Below, in pieces: positions 1 through 13,923 of a stretch of 64,000 bases of DNA (positions within the stretch are counted from its first letter, which is position 1; every line of letters begins with the position of its first letter). The DNA lies in the NCBI GenBank assembly GCA_043228905.1, contig JBHGNT010000021.1:6200001-6264000 (forward strand), in the 5' to 3' direction. The position numbers and the translations under genes are program-made. Below the pieces are notes generated by a model, which had not been told where the DNA came from, made no database searches, and saw only the letters and a program-made list of their open reading frames with translations. The stretch is from Azolla caroliniana. Lineage: Eukaryota; Plantae; Polypodiophyta.

Positions 1-943
1 GTAAGCCACTTATCTTAGGACTTGGGAGAAACCCATAAGGGCATGTGAGATATGGGAACATGTGGTGGTTGAGAGGTGTTGGGGCTATATAAAGGGAAGA
101 AGCTAACCCCTTCATTACGACATGTTGGGTCATTGTCAAGACTTTATGGGTGAGACAAAGCTCTCTTCTTTTGGACATGTTCACATCATATCCAAGGTGT
201 AACATAAATTAATAATGTCTAGTGGTATGGAACACCTTCATTTAGATACTCTGAATATGACATAACCCCAATATTTCAAGAAGTGAAAGAGTGTTTGAAC
301 TTGTGACACTGGCCATTTCAAACCAACCTAACGAAACACCTTTTGAAATGGGGATTTTGAAACCTCGGTTATGGAAGCCGAATCTCCTTAACGTACTTAG
401 AGTAAATAAAGAATAACATTAGAGCATTGCATTTTCATAAACATATATAGTTAGTATTAATAACTATACATATTGTAAGCCTTTCTCCCACTAACACCAA
501 TGGTCCTTTCGTCCATAGAAGAGTGCCATTGTGAGTTGCTTTTTTGTTTTGTTTATGAAAATCCTTCATAATTTGTATCGAGCATTTCGTCATTGAGTTA
601 CTTAGGGCCAATGACTCAATAAGCATTATGTGGATAAAAGTTTAAGCAAAAAGAGTGAAGGTCAACTTATCGTCCTCGTACTGAGGTTTACATTGGTTGG
701 CAAGCTCAAATCATGGTGGGAATATGTATGTATACATATTTCCATTTGTATTTTAAAAATAAGACCTTTATTTCTTACACATGAATGATAGAATCATCTA
801 GCCTTTCTTCTTTAAAATAGTATGGGATATTCGGATTGCAGGTGCCCGTTTTTTACATATGCATAAAATCAATCATCTAATTTTTCTCAATATTGTGGTG
901 TACCTTTTGAGCAAGCGCATGCCTTCATGCTGTGTTGTACCTT

Positions 944-1056
944 CGTTCCTATGTGCCACCCTTTTTAACATGCATGTCGCCAAACCAACCCAAATGGGTA
1001 TCAATGTATCAACTATAAATTGAGCAAGAAGTAAGAAGCAAGGCAAGCAAGTTTGG
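944..1056 (-). repeat. Dispersed ~110-bp repeat, inverted relative to the copy at 5306-5459
   Basis: caaatgggtatcaatgtatcaactataaattgagcaagaag is, with a few mismatches, the reverse complement of cttcttgctcaatttatagttgatacaaaggtacccatttg (~5330-5368); the similarity extends on both sides. Confidence 0.8.
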
Positions 1057-1992
1057 ATTCTCTCTATGTGCATTTTACAATATGTTCGTTGTTATCTATT
1101 TAGGAATATGTATTCCTTTGTTATAACGTTTATTCATGTCTTTCTATCACCATCCTTATCTTCGACTATATACATTCATACAGATATATAGATATAATCC
1201 CCCCCCCCCCCCCCCCCCCCCCCTCTCTATCTCCTCTCAAAATGCAAACTTAATTGTGCATGTCATTTCTCAAGAAAAGGGTATAATGAGATGCATGTGG
1301 ATATATGAATTAGAGGATAGTCCTTGCACTATTCTTAGAAGATATTAACAACTTGTTAAAAATGTTAATGTCATACATTAGTAATGTATTGTTATATTCA
1401 GCCATAACTCCAAGTAGAAGTGTTTTTTCAAACTAATTTTACGAATCCTCATTTTTGTCGTCTAACAAATTCATCGTGCAAATTCTCTACTATCACATGT
1501 ATTTACAGGTTATCCTTTCTAGAACTTTATGGAAGTACTTGCCTCAATATGTTTTTGTGTCACTCATAGTGCACAAAATGAGCTTTGAGTTCCTCGTATT
1601 ATTACAAATGGCCCCATGCTATACTTGGGAGCTGTGTTAGTTTTTATGTTACCAAATTCTCTACATTCATAGATAAGCATTATTTCTTCGATAGTACATG
1701 TACTATTACCCAAACTAGAAGCTTTTTACAAGATATGTTAAAGAAAGCTATTACAATTTTCTATTCTTGAAAGGTTTTCAATGTCAACATTAGTATTTAT
1801 GATATTATTGGTAAGTCTAGATTAAGATCTAGCTTTCTAAAATGGACATGTTTCTTTCATGTCTAATGGGTGTATATTAAATAATTCATGTAATTCTCCA
1901 CTTACAATTAGAGAGAAATGCATTAGTGGATGTGCAAATTTTTCTTTCAATTCTTTTTATCTATATCTAACATTCAACTTTTGGCAATGCAG

Positions 1993-4900
1993 CCCAAGCA
2001 TTCTCATTACCATTTCTTGATCCCTATATGAAAGTGATAAGTTCTGACTATACCCATGGTTGTAATTTTGCATCCTCTGGTTCCACGGCAACTAATATTA
2101 CACCATTTTCTCTCTCAACTCAAGTTAATCAATTTCTTCGCTTTCGGAGCGCAGTCTTGGAAACTTTACATGAAAGTGCACCAATGGCGACAACAAATGA
2201 TTCCACAATAGCAAATTCTCCAGGTCACATGTTGTCCTTTGAGCATTCAACAATTTGATACTTTCATGCAATACCTTGAAGTGATTGCATGTGTATGTCT
2301 AAAATTGATAAGGTGGTTAATTATATAGTAGGCACACAATAAAAACAAATAACTGAGCAAAGAAAATCTGTTATACAAATGTGCAAGTCTTTCAAACTTA
2401 CTCATATCATAGTTGGGAAACCGATCATCTGGGGATGACAATTTCTAACACTATACTCTTGTTGTTGAAGTGAGAAAAGCATGTAGACCATGAAAGGGTG
2501 AACTTAGAGCAAAGTCAAAAGCATCTAAACAAAGGGAATTTTCAAGTGACTAAGGTGAAGACTTGACATAGTTAACTTCAGACAAGAATTTCACAACACT
2601 TAAATGTTGGTTGGACTTTGAATTCAAACAAGAACTTCAATTCATGTACAAAAGTAGCACATGTATTAAGGAAAGTTTTCCTTGTGATATTTCGTAAGTG
2701 TTGCATATGATTACATAAATTTTGTTGGAACAACATTGACAAAATCAAAAGATGGCATCATAGGTATGGTTTATCAGTATATCTTTATAATAATAGAGAA
2801 GTAATGTCTCTTCATATCAATAGGAATTGTGAACAAAGGACTAGATATTGATGCATGCATTATAGAATTATTTTAGATTTCTTGCAACCATTGAATACTT
2901 TCATTAGGTTTTACTAGATATGTATGTGCATGGGTGTCTTAGAGGGAGGTTAGACAAAGCAAATGGGAAGAATATTGACATGTTCCAATGCTTTGTTGAC
3001 AGCTATCACACAACTAAAGATTCCTACCACTATAAATAGCTTTGAAGATTCATTATATATAATCTCTATTGGTGGCAACGACTTTATGTTTGCATACGAC
3101 TATTATACACCTCAAAGGTTCATCGAAAGTGTGGTCATATCAAGGGTGTTGGAGTCCATAACAAATGCAATTGAGGTAATCTACTCTCCTTATATATTCA
3201 ATGGGCGAGGTAACATTTACTATAGCATTTTCAAATTTCATGTATGATTTGCTTTTAATTCCCTCAAATAGGAAATGACCAATGCTTTTCAAGAAATTAA
3301 AACTTTTGTAGAAAAGGTTGAGGTGGGACAACCTATAAAGCATTGTTCTTTCTTAAAACAATATGAAGTGCCTCATATTTATGACATATGACATACAATC
3401 CCCTAGAGTATATGCTACTTATGAACACTTATTGATGTTGGGAGAAGGTTTACAAGTTACAACCATAGGTATTTTAAGATCATCCCCATTAATATTAATT
3501 TCTCTTCAATTCCCCACACTTTGATCTTTCTAAGTGCAACTGTTGTATATGCATACGATGTTGGTGTGTGTTAAGAATGCATTGACAATTGTGGGTTCAT
3601 GCTAATAGCTATGGATGAATTACATTTGTAGAAAGAACACCATATTTATGATTAGGTACGATGTGTAAATGAACATGTAATATGCATTAACTATGGCATA
3701 TATTGAGATGAGGTAGACCCATCGTGATGCTAAAGGCGCCATCATCCTTCTTGACTAACTCTAATTAAAAAACAAACTACCCTCTTAGAAACCGCAACAC
3801 CAATTAAAAAACAAACTACCCTCTTAGAAACTACAACACCATGTTCATTCAGAATTCTTGATGGCACTTGAGTGGTCAACATATAAAGGTTTGCTCTCGA
3901 TCCACATAAGGTATACTCAAAATATATCTTACATTGCCACAAAAACATGCATGCAGAAGTTACATTATGACTTTATTTGTTATGTAAGTATGTCAACTAA
4001 TGGAAAAGGTATCACACATCGCCATGACCATTTTTGAGCAGTTAATGGAAGGATTTAGGCATTCCTCATTTGGCCTTACAATGGGAGTTAGTAGAAAAAC
4101 ATTAAAAACATTCCTACTACTTCTAACTACAATAACGCTCGAGAGCTTTTCTAGTTTATGGGTTTCATTGCATATAGTCCTCCCCACCACCTTGCCTCTA
4201 TTATGGTTTTGGGTTAGAAAAATGCATTTCATTTTCCACTAACTAGGTTATGTAGAACATAAACCTAGCATTCTATCACAAATATACAATATTAAAGGTA
4301 AACCCCACTCTTTAAAATATATCACATTGAATACAACTGAACATCAGAATTTCCATGATTGCTTTCTCAACACCAATATTATCAGCATACAACTTGACAA
4401 GTAGTATGAACCAAAACCATGTTTTCAATGAGAACCTTCAATCATCAAATCATAAAATTCAAGACCTATTTCTTTGATAAAGTGCATTGACAAAAAATTA
4501 GAGTATATCAAATCTCATGTAATGTACTTGGACTCTTGATTCTTTCTATGATTCACAACATAATACTCGTTTTTCCTTTTCCAATGTAGGTTGATTATGT
4601 TTTAGTGGAACCATTGACATGTAACATGTAGTAGATTTGTTCTTTATTTTAAGCCATACATTGTCACTTCTTCACTAGGAACTCCCTTTAAGGATTAATG
4701 CAAAATTTACCCGATTTAAGGTTGCAATAAAATTTCGTTAAAGTATTTATCAAACATGAGAGTGAGCTTACATAGATGTACCTTTGTTGGAGACCACAAG
4801 ATCATGCATTCAACCCCTACTTTCCATAATGGTGTCTAGAAAATTTGTGAGTGAGAGCGAGGAAAAGACCATTGTAGGTGCTATATCATGAAAATGCGAG

Positions 4901-5933
4901 GTGGATAATGGTGTGGAATATCCCGGCACAAGGGTGTTCTCCTAGCATACTTTCACGTTTTTCAGCAACGGCTAATCCCAATGATTTTGACAACCTTGGA
5001 TGCTTGAAGTCCTACAATGAACCCATCCAACGTTATAATCGTCTCCTTAGGTCCACTGTGGGTAGCATCCAACACAACCACTCTGCCATGCGAATCATCT
5101 ATGCAGACTATTACGCAGCCAACATTGACATCCTCACAAATGCTACCCAATATGGTAATGTATCCAATATCTCTTCAATACATATATGCATGCATCTAGA
5201 CATATGGGTTGAAATGTATAACATAGTTCTAGCACATTAGTATGTATTTATTTCTGTATACAACAAAGGATATTATCATATTGTGAAATGCACATAAGAG
5301 ATCAAAACCAACCTACTTAGCTTCTTGCTTCTTGCTCAATTTATAGTTGATACAAAGGTACCCATTTGGGTTGGCTTAGCTACATGCGTGCTAAAAAGGG
5401 TGTGCTAAAAGGTACATGCATGCTAAAATGGGTGTGCTAAAAGGGTGGCACAAAGGAACACATGCACAACGCAATATATTGCATTATCGTAACTACCATA
5501 TTGATTGGGTTTAGTTATTTTTAAGAAAAGAAATTGATTTGGTGGACACATTCTTATATTACAAAAGAAAAAAAGAAAAAATATAGATCTAGGGGGTTCA
5601 AAAAAAGTGATATCAAGTATACATGCTTATAGAGTTCCAATAAAGTATATGGAGTTTTAACAAGGTTATGTTTGTTCGCTAGGTTTTGACTCAAATTCAA
5701 ATCTTAAAGCATGTTGTGGCATGGGCGGTCAATACAACTTTAATGGAGAAATAACATGTGGAGACAATAGTATCACACAATGTAGTGATCCAACCCAATA
5801 TGTGAATTGGGATGGTATACACTTCACGGAGGCTTTTTATCGCAAAGTGGCCCATTTTTTCCTCAATGGCTACTATCTTCATCCTCCTGTTAACTTTAGT
5901 GCAACATGTAATCTTAATTTCACTCAATTTTAA
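1993..5933 (+). CDS. GDSL-type esterase/lipase (SGNH hydrolase), last four exons; first exon (GDS block I) not found, probably upstream of the window
   Basis: Four phase-compatible AG/GT-bounded exons: 1993-2223 (AQAFSLPFLDPY...HGCNFASSGSTAT, block II), 3003-3175 (SLYIISIGGNDF, block III), 4878-5154 (VWNIPAQGCSP...IIYADYY), 5683-5933 (KACCGMGGQYNF...YVNWDGIHFTEAFY, block V DxxH; stop TAA 5931-5933). No stops or frameshifts seen in the spliced frame. Confidence 0.92.
3763..3840. repeat. 39-bp tandem duplication in a GDSL intron
   Basis: aattaaaaaacaaactaccctcttagaaac(cg/ta)caacacc x2. Confidence 0.85.
5306..5459 (+). repeat. Second copy of the intronic repeat (last GDSL intron), with internal tgctaaaa expansions
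   Basis: Reverse-complement match to 944-1056; tgctaaaa occurs four times at ~5389-5442. Confidence 0.75.
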
Positions 5934-6227
5934 CTCCAATTAGTATGTATGAATATGTGCCATTTTAATGTGGATGAAACAAGCTTTTAGTGCAAGAGAG
6001 GTAAATTGTGTTAGCACACACAATTTCCTGGTTAAATTGGGTGGTGTTAAAACAATGCTTATGCAAATGTTGTAAACGAAGTGTGTAAGGCATTATTTCT
6101 GTGGATATGATTTACATCATGTCATACTTTGGACCTAACTTCTGGTTGACTAGAACAAAACAATCATAAAAAGAATAAATACATTATCTTTTGTCATTTT
6201 GTTAAAGGTGGAAGGAAGGTGATTCAA

Positions 6228-6434
6228 ATTTATTGATTTTCCAAAAAACACTACTTCGCATTAGTTAGCAAATAGAATACAACAGAGTTTACCCGAAGCC
6301 ACAATGGGATCAATATATACAACTCAGAGGAACAAATCCAAAATTATCAAACAAAAACGCACACGACCCTTAATACCAACAAAACTAAAATAAACCCCAT
6401 TTTACCCCGACTCTACTTCTCCCAACCAACTAGC
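6228..6434 (-). mobile_element. Short 5'-truncated non-LTR retroposon (LINE 3' end or SINE)
   Basis: Flanked by 12-bp direct repeat AAGGTGATTCAA (6216-6227, 6435-6446). The T-rich end followed by ccaaaaaacactacttcgcattagttagcaaa is shared with the copy at 19193-19450. Confidence 0.6.
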
Positions 6435-6634
6435 AAGGTGATTCAATTGATTGTACGATTTGACCTTCTAGGTGTTTAAATGATAATTACACATTGGCAA
6501 GACTATTAATAAAGAAGTCCTACAAGGTGGTGAGTTTAATGACATGCTTATTATTCATTTATATGTAATACAATGCTTATTTCACCATTAAGTTTTCTCA
6601 TTCAAAAAATATTTGGTTCGTATGTACATCTTTA

Positions 6635-7486
6635 TTTTATTTTATTTTTCCAAAAAAAACTCCTTCCATTAGTTATAAAATATTACAAATGAGACGATTA
6701 TGTACAAATCCCTGAAAGGACACGATAGTTCCATCTTATGTAGATGCCCACTGACTCAAGAATGGGAGAGGACGACCATTGTTAGATGAAGGCTATTCGT
6801 TGTCTTTCAACTCCCTCGGAGCCGCTCTTAAGGCCATCATATTGGCTCTTCAAAGTGGCTACAATTTCACTCTATATCTCTTGCAGTAACCTTGTTGGAT
6901 GTGCGGTTTGGTTGGAGAAGACTCGCCCACATCGTTGTTTCCATAGAATCCAAAGGGTTATTGGGCTGACCAATTCTAACACCTCTTGAGATTTGTCATT
7001 AAGAGGAGTGGAGTGGACATTGCCGTTGGATGAGAAAAGGACCTCTTGTGCTTTTATCACCAAAGTCATCCCCTCCTCTTGATGCTCGTATCTGCCAATT
7101 GCAGCCTGCCATGATAGCCAACATATATTTCCCCACTTGATTGAGCCTTGCACCTGGCATAATTGCAACAAGCGGCCAACCCCCCGCTATATTCGATGGG
7201 ATGTTGGGCAGTCCCACAAAGCGTGTCATATTGATTCTACTGCATGTGGGCACTCTACACAATTAGGAGAGCTAAGGTTCCCACGTTGCCATGCTCCCAC
7301 CGGCAGGGACTTATGTATTAATAGCCATTGGAACGTGGTAATTCGCCTCACGTGTTGTTGTTTCCAGATTTTCTGCTAAAACTTGGTGATTATTATGGAA
7401 GGAACTTGAAATGTGTGCCAGACCTTCGCAATAGCCGGTTCTCGGGCGGTTTGAGCAGCTAGAATGTGGTGACCCAATCTAGTTGT
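6635..7486 (-). mobile_element. 5'-truncated LINE (L1-type ORF2 C-terminus, zf-RVT-like region), disabled
   Basis: Perfect 15-bp TSD GTATGTACATCTTTA (6620-6634, 7487-7501). A-rich tail on the minus strand at ~6635-6650. Minus-strand translation FQWLLIHKSLPVG...NCVECPHAVESI*HALWDCP...TLWILWKQRCGRVF is typical of plant LINE ORF2 C-termini. Confidence 0.85.
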
Positions 7487-10400
7487 GTATGTACATCTTT
7501 AGTTTTACATGGGCCACATATTGAAAGAATGTTTTCCTAAGAACTTGCAAATAATTTTTTCTCTCAAGTGCCAATGACTAGGCAACAAAAGGTCCACTCA
7601 AATCAAAGTACGTGGATTGCGTAATAAAATACTCTCGAATTAAGCTTGCAATATCATTCACCAATCCATAAGGTGAAAACCATTATCATTTTGATGCATC
7701 TAGTGTTTGTTGGAGATAGATATTCAAATCTAGTGTTTTCAATTGTGAGACCTTCAGCTAGATGATATTCAAATCTATCACTAAAGATAACTCCATTCAT
7801 ATTATTGAAATTCATCAACCTCATTGTGCAAATTAGTTCTTTGTATACGCTTATAAATTATCGACATATAGTACGAGTTGGTTATACCCCGAAGTGAGAT
7901 TTAATTTGCCATTTTTCTAGCCTTAGGTATTCTCTCTTTAAGACAGGCATTGTGGTGGAAATTCAACGGTGTGCTTTTTTGTGTGTTCATTGGTGTTTTT
8001 TTTATTAGAGGCAAAAAAATTTGAAATGGCAAGCATGGCAACCAAATAGGATTGTGAGGATGCATATTCCCCCTGCAAAAACAAAATAGAAAATAAATTC
8101 AAGATCGCCATAATACTAGGAAGATGAAAATGCACACCAGTCTTAGTTTGCAACACATTTGGACTCATTATGCTTGACTTTAGTACATCCTTAGTCATCT
8201 TGGCCTTTTCTCTACAATACAACCATTGACTTATAATTGTTACACCAATGTTTATAAATAGATGTTGACTTAGGATGACATTATGTTATGGCACTACAAC
8301 AAATATATATTGTTGATGTTGTTTCTTTGCTTCCATTGCATATGTTTATACAATAACACCAATTTCGTTTAGTTTATTATTGATGTCCTCATTGTGAATG
8401 TAGTGCATTGCAAAGCACATGTGGTTACGTTGGTGCCTGTTGACCTATGGTTCCATGTTTATACCTCTTTTCCATCATTGGGAATTTCTTAAGCAGGATG
8501 CTATCAACATATGTTTCTTATAATGTGGGGCCTATCAACAGCCACCCGTCTTTATATGGTATCCTAGAAAACCTAAATAGAGATTCAAATCCTCCATAAG
8601 AATTGCGGTTGCTTAGAAACCTAGGATTCTTAAACATTGTGAATAAAAAATGTTGGAAGAAACTCTTACAAGTTTGATAAATTAGCACAAGTGTTCTATC
8701 TTTCAAGAACTTTCTAACTGTACCAATACGAAACAGAACAAACTTATTTGTGAAAGCGAGAGCAATTTAACATTGGATTGTAACAAAGTGCAGATACTTA
8801 AGTTACGAAAAAGTTGTCCTCTCTAAATGTATAATGGCACATGCATAGAAAGGTGTTTCATAACACCAAGATCAAGGTGGATGATAAACTTGGAAGCAAA
8901 ACATTAAATGAGACATACAAAACCATTAGTTTTTATGGGTTCTACCAAACACACACACACGGATTTAAGAAAGAATCTAACATGCAAAGTAAGAACATTT
9001 TCACTAGTATGTATATTGAAAGAGATTGATGTTTTTGGGAAAGTCAAATAAGAAAACTTAATGGTATGGACAAGATTTGTATACTTAAGGTGACAAACTT
9101 TTTTGTCAAAAGTGTCAGGGCCTCTAACCACAACAATGGCATTATTAGAGTAATTAACTTGTCAAAAAGTGACATGACCTTTAAAGAGGAAAATGTCATA
9201 AGTAGAGTAATTAAAAGAGTAATCATCCAACTAACCAATGCCCCCTTGTTGGCCCATGATTCATGAGTAGGTCGTCAACCGCGTGATATTTCAAGACAAA
9301 ATCTACTTCCAAACCTTTTGAACCATGATGTTACCAAAGTGTACCCTAAACGTAGGTTCCAATTCATCTTCAAACGATCCTAGCCTATTTTGATTCAAAG
9401 ATTATAGAGATGAATTATGACAAAAATGAGGTGTTGATATGAGATATGCATGTATGGAGATGGTCAAGGTTGTACTTATGTACAACAATACTGTTACAAG
9501 AGACTATTGTAATGCACATCTCAGTAATAAAAAAAAAGAGACTTTTAATAATAGCTTATTGATCTACAACTTTGTTGATCATTCAAGTCTTGCTTAGGAG
9601 TAAAAATGTTATTTGTTTCGACACATTTTTCATCATGATGTTGGAAGTTGTATTATGCAAGCTTTTTGTGATATGCACATGTTAAGGTCATGTGAAATCA
9701 TCTTGTGTGTGCGTGTGCGTGTGCCTGTGTGAGTGTCACCAACTTTTGAAATAATTTAGAATTCATATTTCCTTATTATGATTATAGAAACCATGATAAC
9801 ACGAAAAAAAGCCAACAAAAGTCTCATGATGTGACATGCTCAAGACACACATAAAACATGGGCTAATAATATTCAGACCACCTAAGCCACACAAATCGAG
9901 CTAGGTTTCTATGCCATAACTTGTGTGATCCTATAAATAATGACAAGTAAGAAATGATTAGAAGGTAGATATGGGTTTTATAAAAACATTTAAGGATATC
10001 AAGGGACCATTTTGGTGGCTAGTTCAATTGCAACTGTGTAGCTTAGTGTACTACAAATGAACTCTTATGTCATGTGATATGAGATAATGGAATATAGTCC
10101 AATTTCGATATATATTTCGTTCCCAAACAAGAAAACCCACTTGGCAACTTCATTCATGCATTATATGGCTTCAAGGTTTGTGCATGGTTCTTAATTGCAT
10201 TTTCTTCGCTTCTATAGGTAGCCAAAAGGCGAACCACATTACAATGGTCAGTTGCAAATAGAGTGTGTCACCTATAACTAGGGGGCCATATTTTTTGTGA
10301 TGACATCAATGAAGCTAGGGGAATAGATTGTGTAGCCTTTATACAAGGGAAACACATTCTTTATGACTATGCCAAATGAAACTAATGCTTTCATCACCCA

Positions 10401-12153
10401 AATTATGGTGACAAAATAGTAGGCGTTATATTAGGCACATAACTATACTTGTTAAATATGTGTGCTAAAACATCATTTGATGAAACTAATATTGGTTTTA
10501 AGCAGTATCTAGAATACGTCATTTGGAATATTAACATACTTTGCCATGACCCTCATTTTTCTAGTGGACTCTCTTCCCTTCCATTATTGATAATTGCATA
10601 AACTGAAGAATGCTATGGTTTTGCCAAATTACAAGAGTTGTTTTTTCAAAGTGGAAACTTGTAGTGTGACTATTTGTATTAGTGTTGATAATTAGGATTG
10701 ATCATTCTCGAAACTAGAGCAAACATAGCTTAGTAAAATTGATAACAACGTGCACAACTTCACCGATTGTATTTTAGGATAAGCCTCTTAAGTGGGGCTT
10801 GTAGCATTGTGTTTGGTAGTGTTTCATATTCTTTTGAAGGTAATTCACAACTCCTACACAAGAAATTGAGTATGGAGGTCAATTGTTTCGAGGATTGTTC
10901 ATTTTGTGATGCATTTTCTACTTCCTCCACTCAACTATGATATTGCTTCATCCACTTCGAGCAATTGTTTAGATTTCATGCATGACATGGGGGCACTTGA
11001 CATATTGGACATACACACAATATTAACATAAAATGTTGTGATAGCCATTAAAGCGTATATAATATGCTATAGGGTTAGGTTTTCACTTGATTGATTAAAT
11101 CACAATGTCCTTGAAATGAGAATCAAGATCACATACATATACAACATCAAACTAAGATCTAGAGCATTCCTTTACTTGTATATCATAAGCTACTAATAGA
11201 AAATGGGGTTATACACACACACAAGATATTTAGGATGCAAATTTTTCAATCTTGAGATGTCGCAATTGTCATTGAAGCCTAGATATATCATACTCTGGGT
11301 TTGATTACCACTTGATTGATTAAATCACAATATGTTCCTTGAAATGAGAATCAGGATTGCATTTACATCAAACTAAGACCTAAACTTTGGTTCGATGATA
11401 TTTTGCATTAAGCTACAAGGACGTCAGCATTATTTTCTTCGTATATCATAAGCCATTCTGAGAACACCAAGCTTTCTCAATGAATTAAGAGATTCAGAAA
11501 AAGATCACACGAGTATACAAAAGACATAACTCGTCCTATCGTCATACAAAAGATTAGTGCTTTTCCACATTTCAAAGAAGACTGGATTATGCTGAAAAGA
11601 AGAAGGCTTTTAAAAAAGCTAAATTGATGTATTATAATACTCCTATATTATTAACTAATAAATGTACTATACGAATGGAAGATGGATTTCAAATTCCATC
11701 CCAATTTCAATCAGGTATTCACAAATTATACATGATGGATAAGCATAAAAGAAGTGAATAAGATTGTCAGCTCCCACTATTAACTTTTCCTTGATCTCTT
11801 TCTTTTATCCAAACAGTTGTTGTAACCATTTCTAGCAGCCCTCTCCATATTCCTGTCTATCATCGGAATAGCTATGTAAAAGTTCATCGATAGGGCCCCC
11901 ATTGAAATTGTTTTGTTTTTTGTTCTTCACATCGAAGCTCCACAGTTCCCCCTCCTCGAAGAAAAAACAGCAGATATCCATAGCCATGGTATACAAATTC
12001 CACCCATGTATCTCCCTATCTTAAAGACACTCTGGATACAATAGATTGCGCTATATATGGTAAAAATCTTATCCATTTTTTTATAAACCAGGCAATGGAA
12101 ACCCTTTTTCCTAAGGCAAAATACAAACCTCAACCAAAACTACAACCCACCCA

Positions 12154-13923
12154 TCAAGGATCAAACTTCAATGACACTACCCTTGATTGGCGATTCTTTT
12201 TCGCCGCTTTCACGAACAAAGTAGATAGGCAACAAGGTGCCCACCATGGACTCCGAAATTGTTGCTCTCCTTCGAGACATGCCACTAAGATTATAACAGA
12301 CAACCAATTATAATATGTCAAGATTTAAAAATAATATCATCATATCAAGATGAAAAAACATATCATAACAAGATTTAAGTTTCAAAACAATTTTATCGAG
12401 ATAAAACTTGAACGAATGAATGGTATTTCTGGCCAATAAATAAATATATCAATGATACGAAACCGATAATTATAGTAAGAATGGATATAGTAACTAAAGC
12501 AAAATCAAACAAAAAACCATGTATCCAGTACCATGTATGAAGAAAGAAATTAGCTGAGATAAGACTGAATCAAAGAACTGGAAAATAGCAAATGTGAGTG
12601 TATTGCAAGGACCCACCTTTTACTCGTCGAAGCTCTTTACAAAGGGTTATAAAATCACCCCATTTCATATGGCATCTCCTTATGAATCTTAAGATTTGTT
12701 CAGTTGTAAAGGTGGATAAATTATCCAGATATTCACCATTTATTTCATTCTTCCGAAATGCCTCCTGGTATCCTCCCAGTCCTATTCCTTCAAGCCATGC
12801 TCCAACATCCTTTATATTTTTGTAATCAGCATGAATAAGATAAAAAATTTAGAAATCACAATGAGTAAAGAAATGAATAACAGCAAGTAAAACTAGAGTT
12901 ATAATGAACATGCTGGAATTCATGACAAATAGAATGAGAATTACAATAGATTCAATAAGAATGAAGTGAAATAAAATTATAATTAGAAGCAACGTAGTTA
13001 GAATCAGAAAGAATACAATAGGAATCTTTGAGGGTTAGAATCAGAATGAGGAAAATTGCAAATTAAAATTTAGAATGGTGATTATAAAATTATAATGCCT
13101 TTTGTATTGATATGAATGCAACCAGAGATAATAATTTAGAATTTTTTCCTGCCTCCTTTGAGATAAAATATTGTTGTAAAAAGATTACAAGTTAAATAAA
13201 CAATAGATGAGCATCAAGATCAATAAAAATAAATGAAAATTGTCAAGATATAAACAAAATTTAGCATTCCTTCTCATTTCTCAAAGATAACTTCTAATTG
13301 CAAAATAATATGAATTATGTAAAACATTCTAGGTAACTAAACACATTAAATTTTTTAAGACAAACTAATATGATTGCAAAACAACATTAAAATCACCAGG
13401 AATTATATAGCAAAATATGTGACTCACACAGTATTGGGTTAGTGAAAACTACAAGATAACTGAATAAATCAACCCATGAAATTCTTGAAGACCAACAATG
13501 AGTGCAAAACAGCATGCACAATCTTAGGAACAATATAACAAGAAATGCAAGCCAAATAATGGGTGAGTGACCATTTCATTCAAATAGAATGAAATTCGAG
13601 ATATAGCTAAAAACAAAACCATGAAATTCCAAAAAGACAAACAAATAAAATGATTGCACAATACTGTGAATCATATATATAGCAAATAATGTGACTTTCA
13701 CAGCAACAAAAAGATATTTCAATGACGGTAGAATGACTATTTCATTCAAGTTAAGTAATTAAATATAGCTCAATGAACGAGGGCATAAAAAAGAATGTAT
13801 ATGACTCACCTCTATAGTCCATATGAAGAAATCCAATGCTTCTGGAGTAGATTTTCGCCTTGTTATAATACTTTTCTTATTGCTGCTAGAAGATCCATTT
13901 TCTAGTATCAATCTCCTGGACAT
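12154..13923 (-). CDS. Sterile alpha motif (SAM) domain-containing protein, 145 aa, similar to Arabidopsis AT3G07760
   Basis: Three exons with canonical splice sites: 13923-13810 (MSRRLILENG...STPEALDFFIWTIE), 12809-12617 (DVGAWLEGIGLGGYQEAFRKNEINGEYLDNLSTFTTEQILRFIRRCHMKWGDFITLCKELRRVK), 12284-12154 (VACLEGEQQFRSPWWAPCCLSTLFVKAAKKNRQSRVVSLKFDP*). The lengths sum to 438 nt. A probable 5'UTR exon has its donor at ~14162. Family recognised from memory of the conserved sequence. Confidence 0.92.

Noticed and set aside
1-10. GTAAG at position 1 as the donor of the missing GDSL exon 1
   Set aside because: Cannot be tested without upstream sequence, and the window edge is arbitrary.
1199-1223. Poly-C tract giving a poly-proline ORF (1136-1348)
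   Set aside because: Non-coding homopolymer, probably intronic; the ORF has no other support.
7600-11000. Faint coding-like patches (VRGPDTF, HCNVVRLL) suggesting LINE RT or kinase relics
   Set aside because: Many stops in the frames I read and no second supporting motif; needs tBLASTx/HMM searches.
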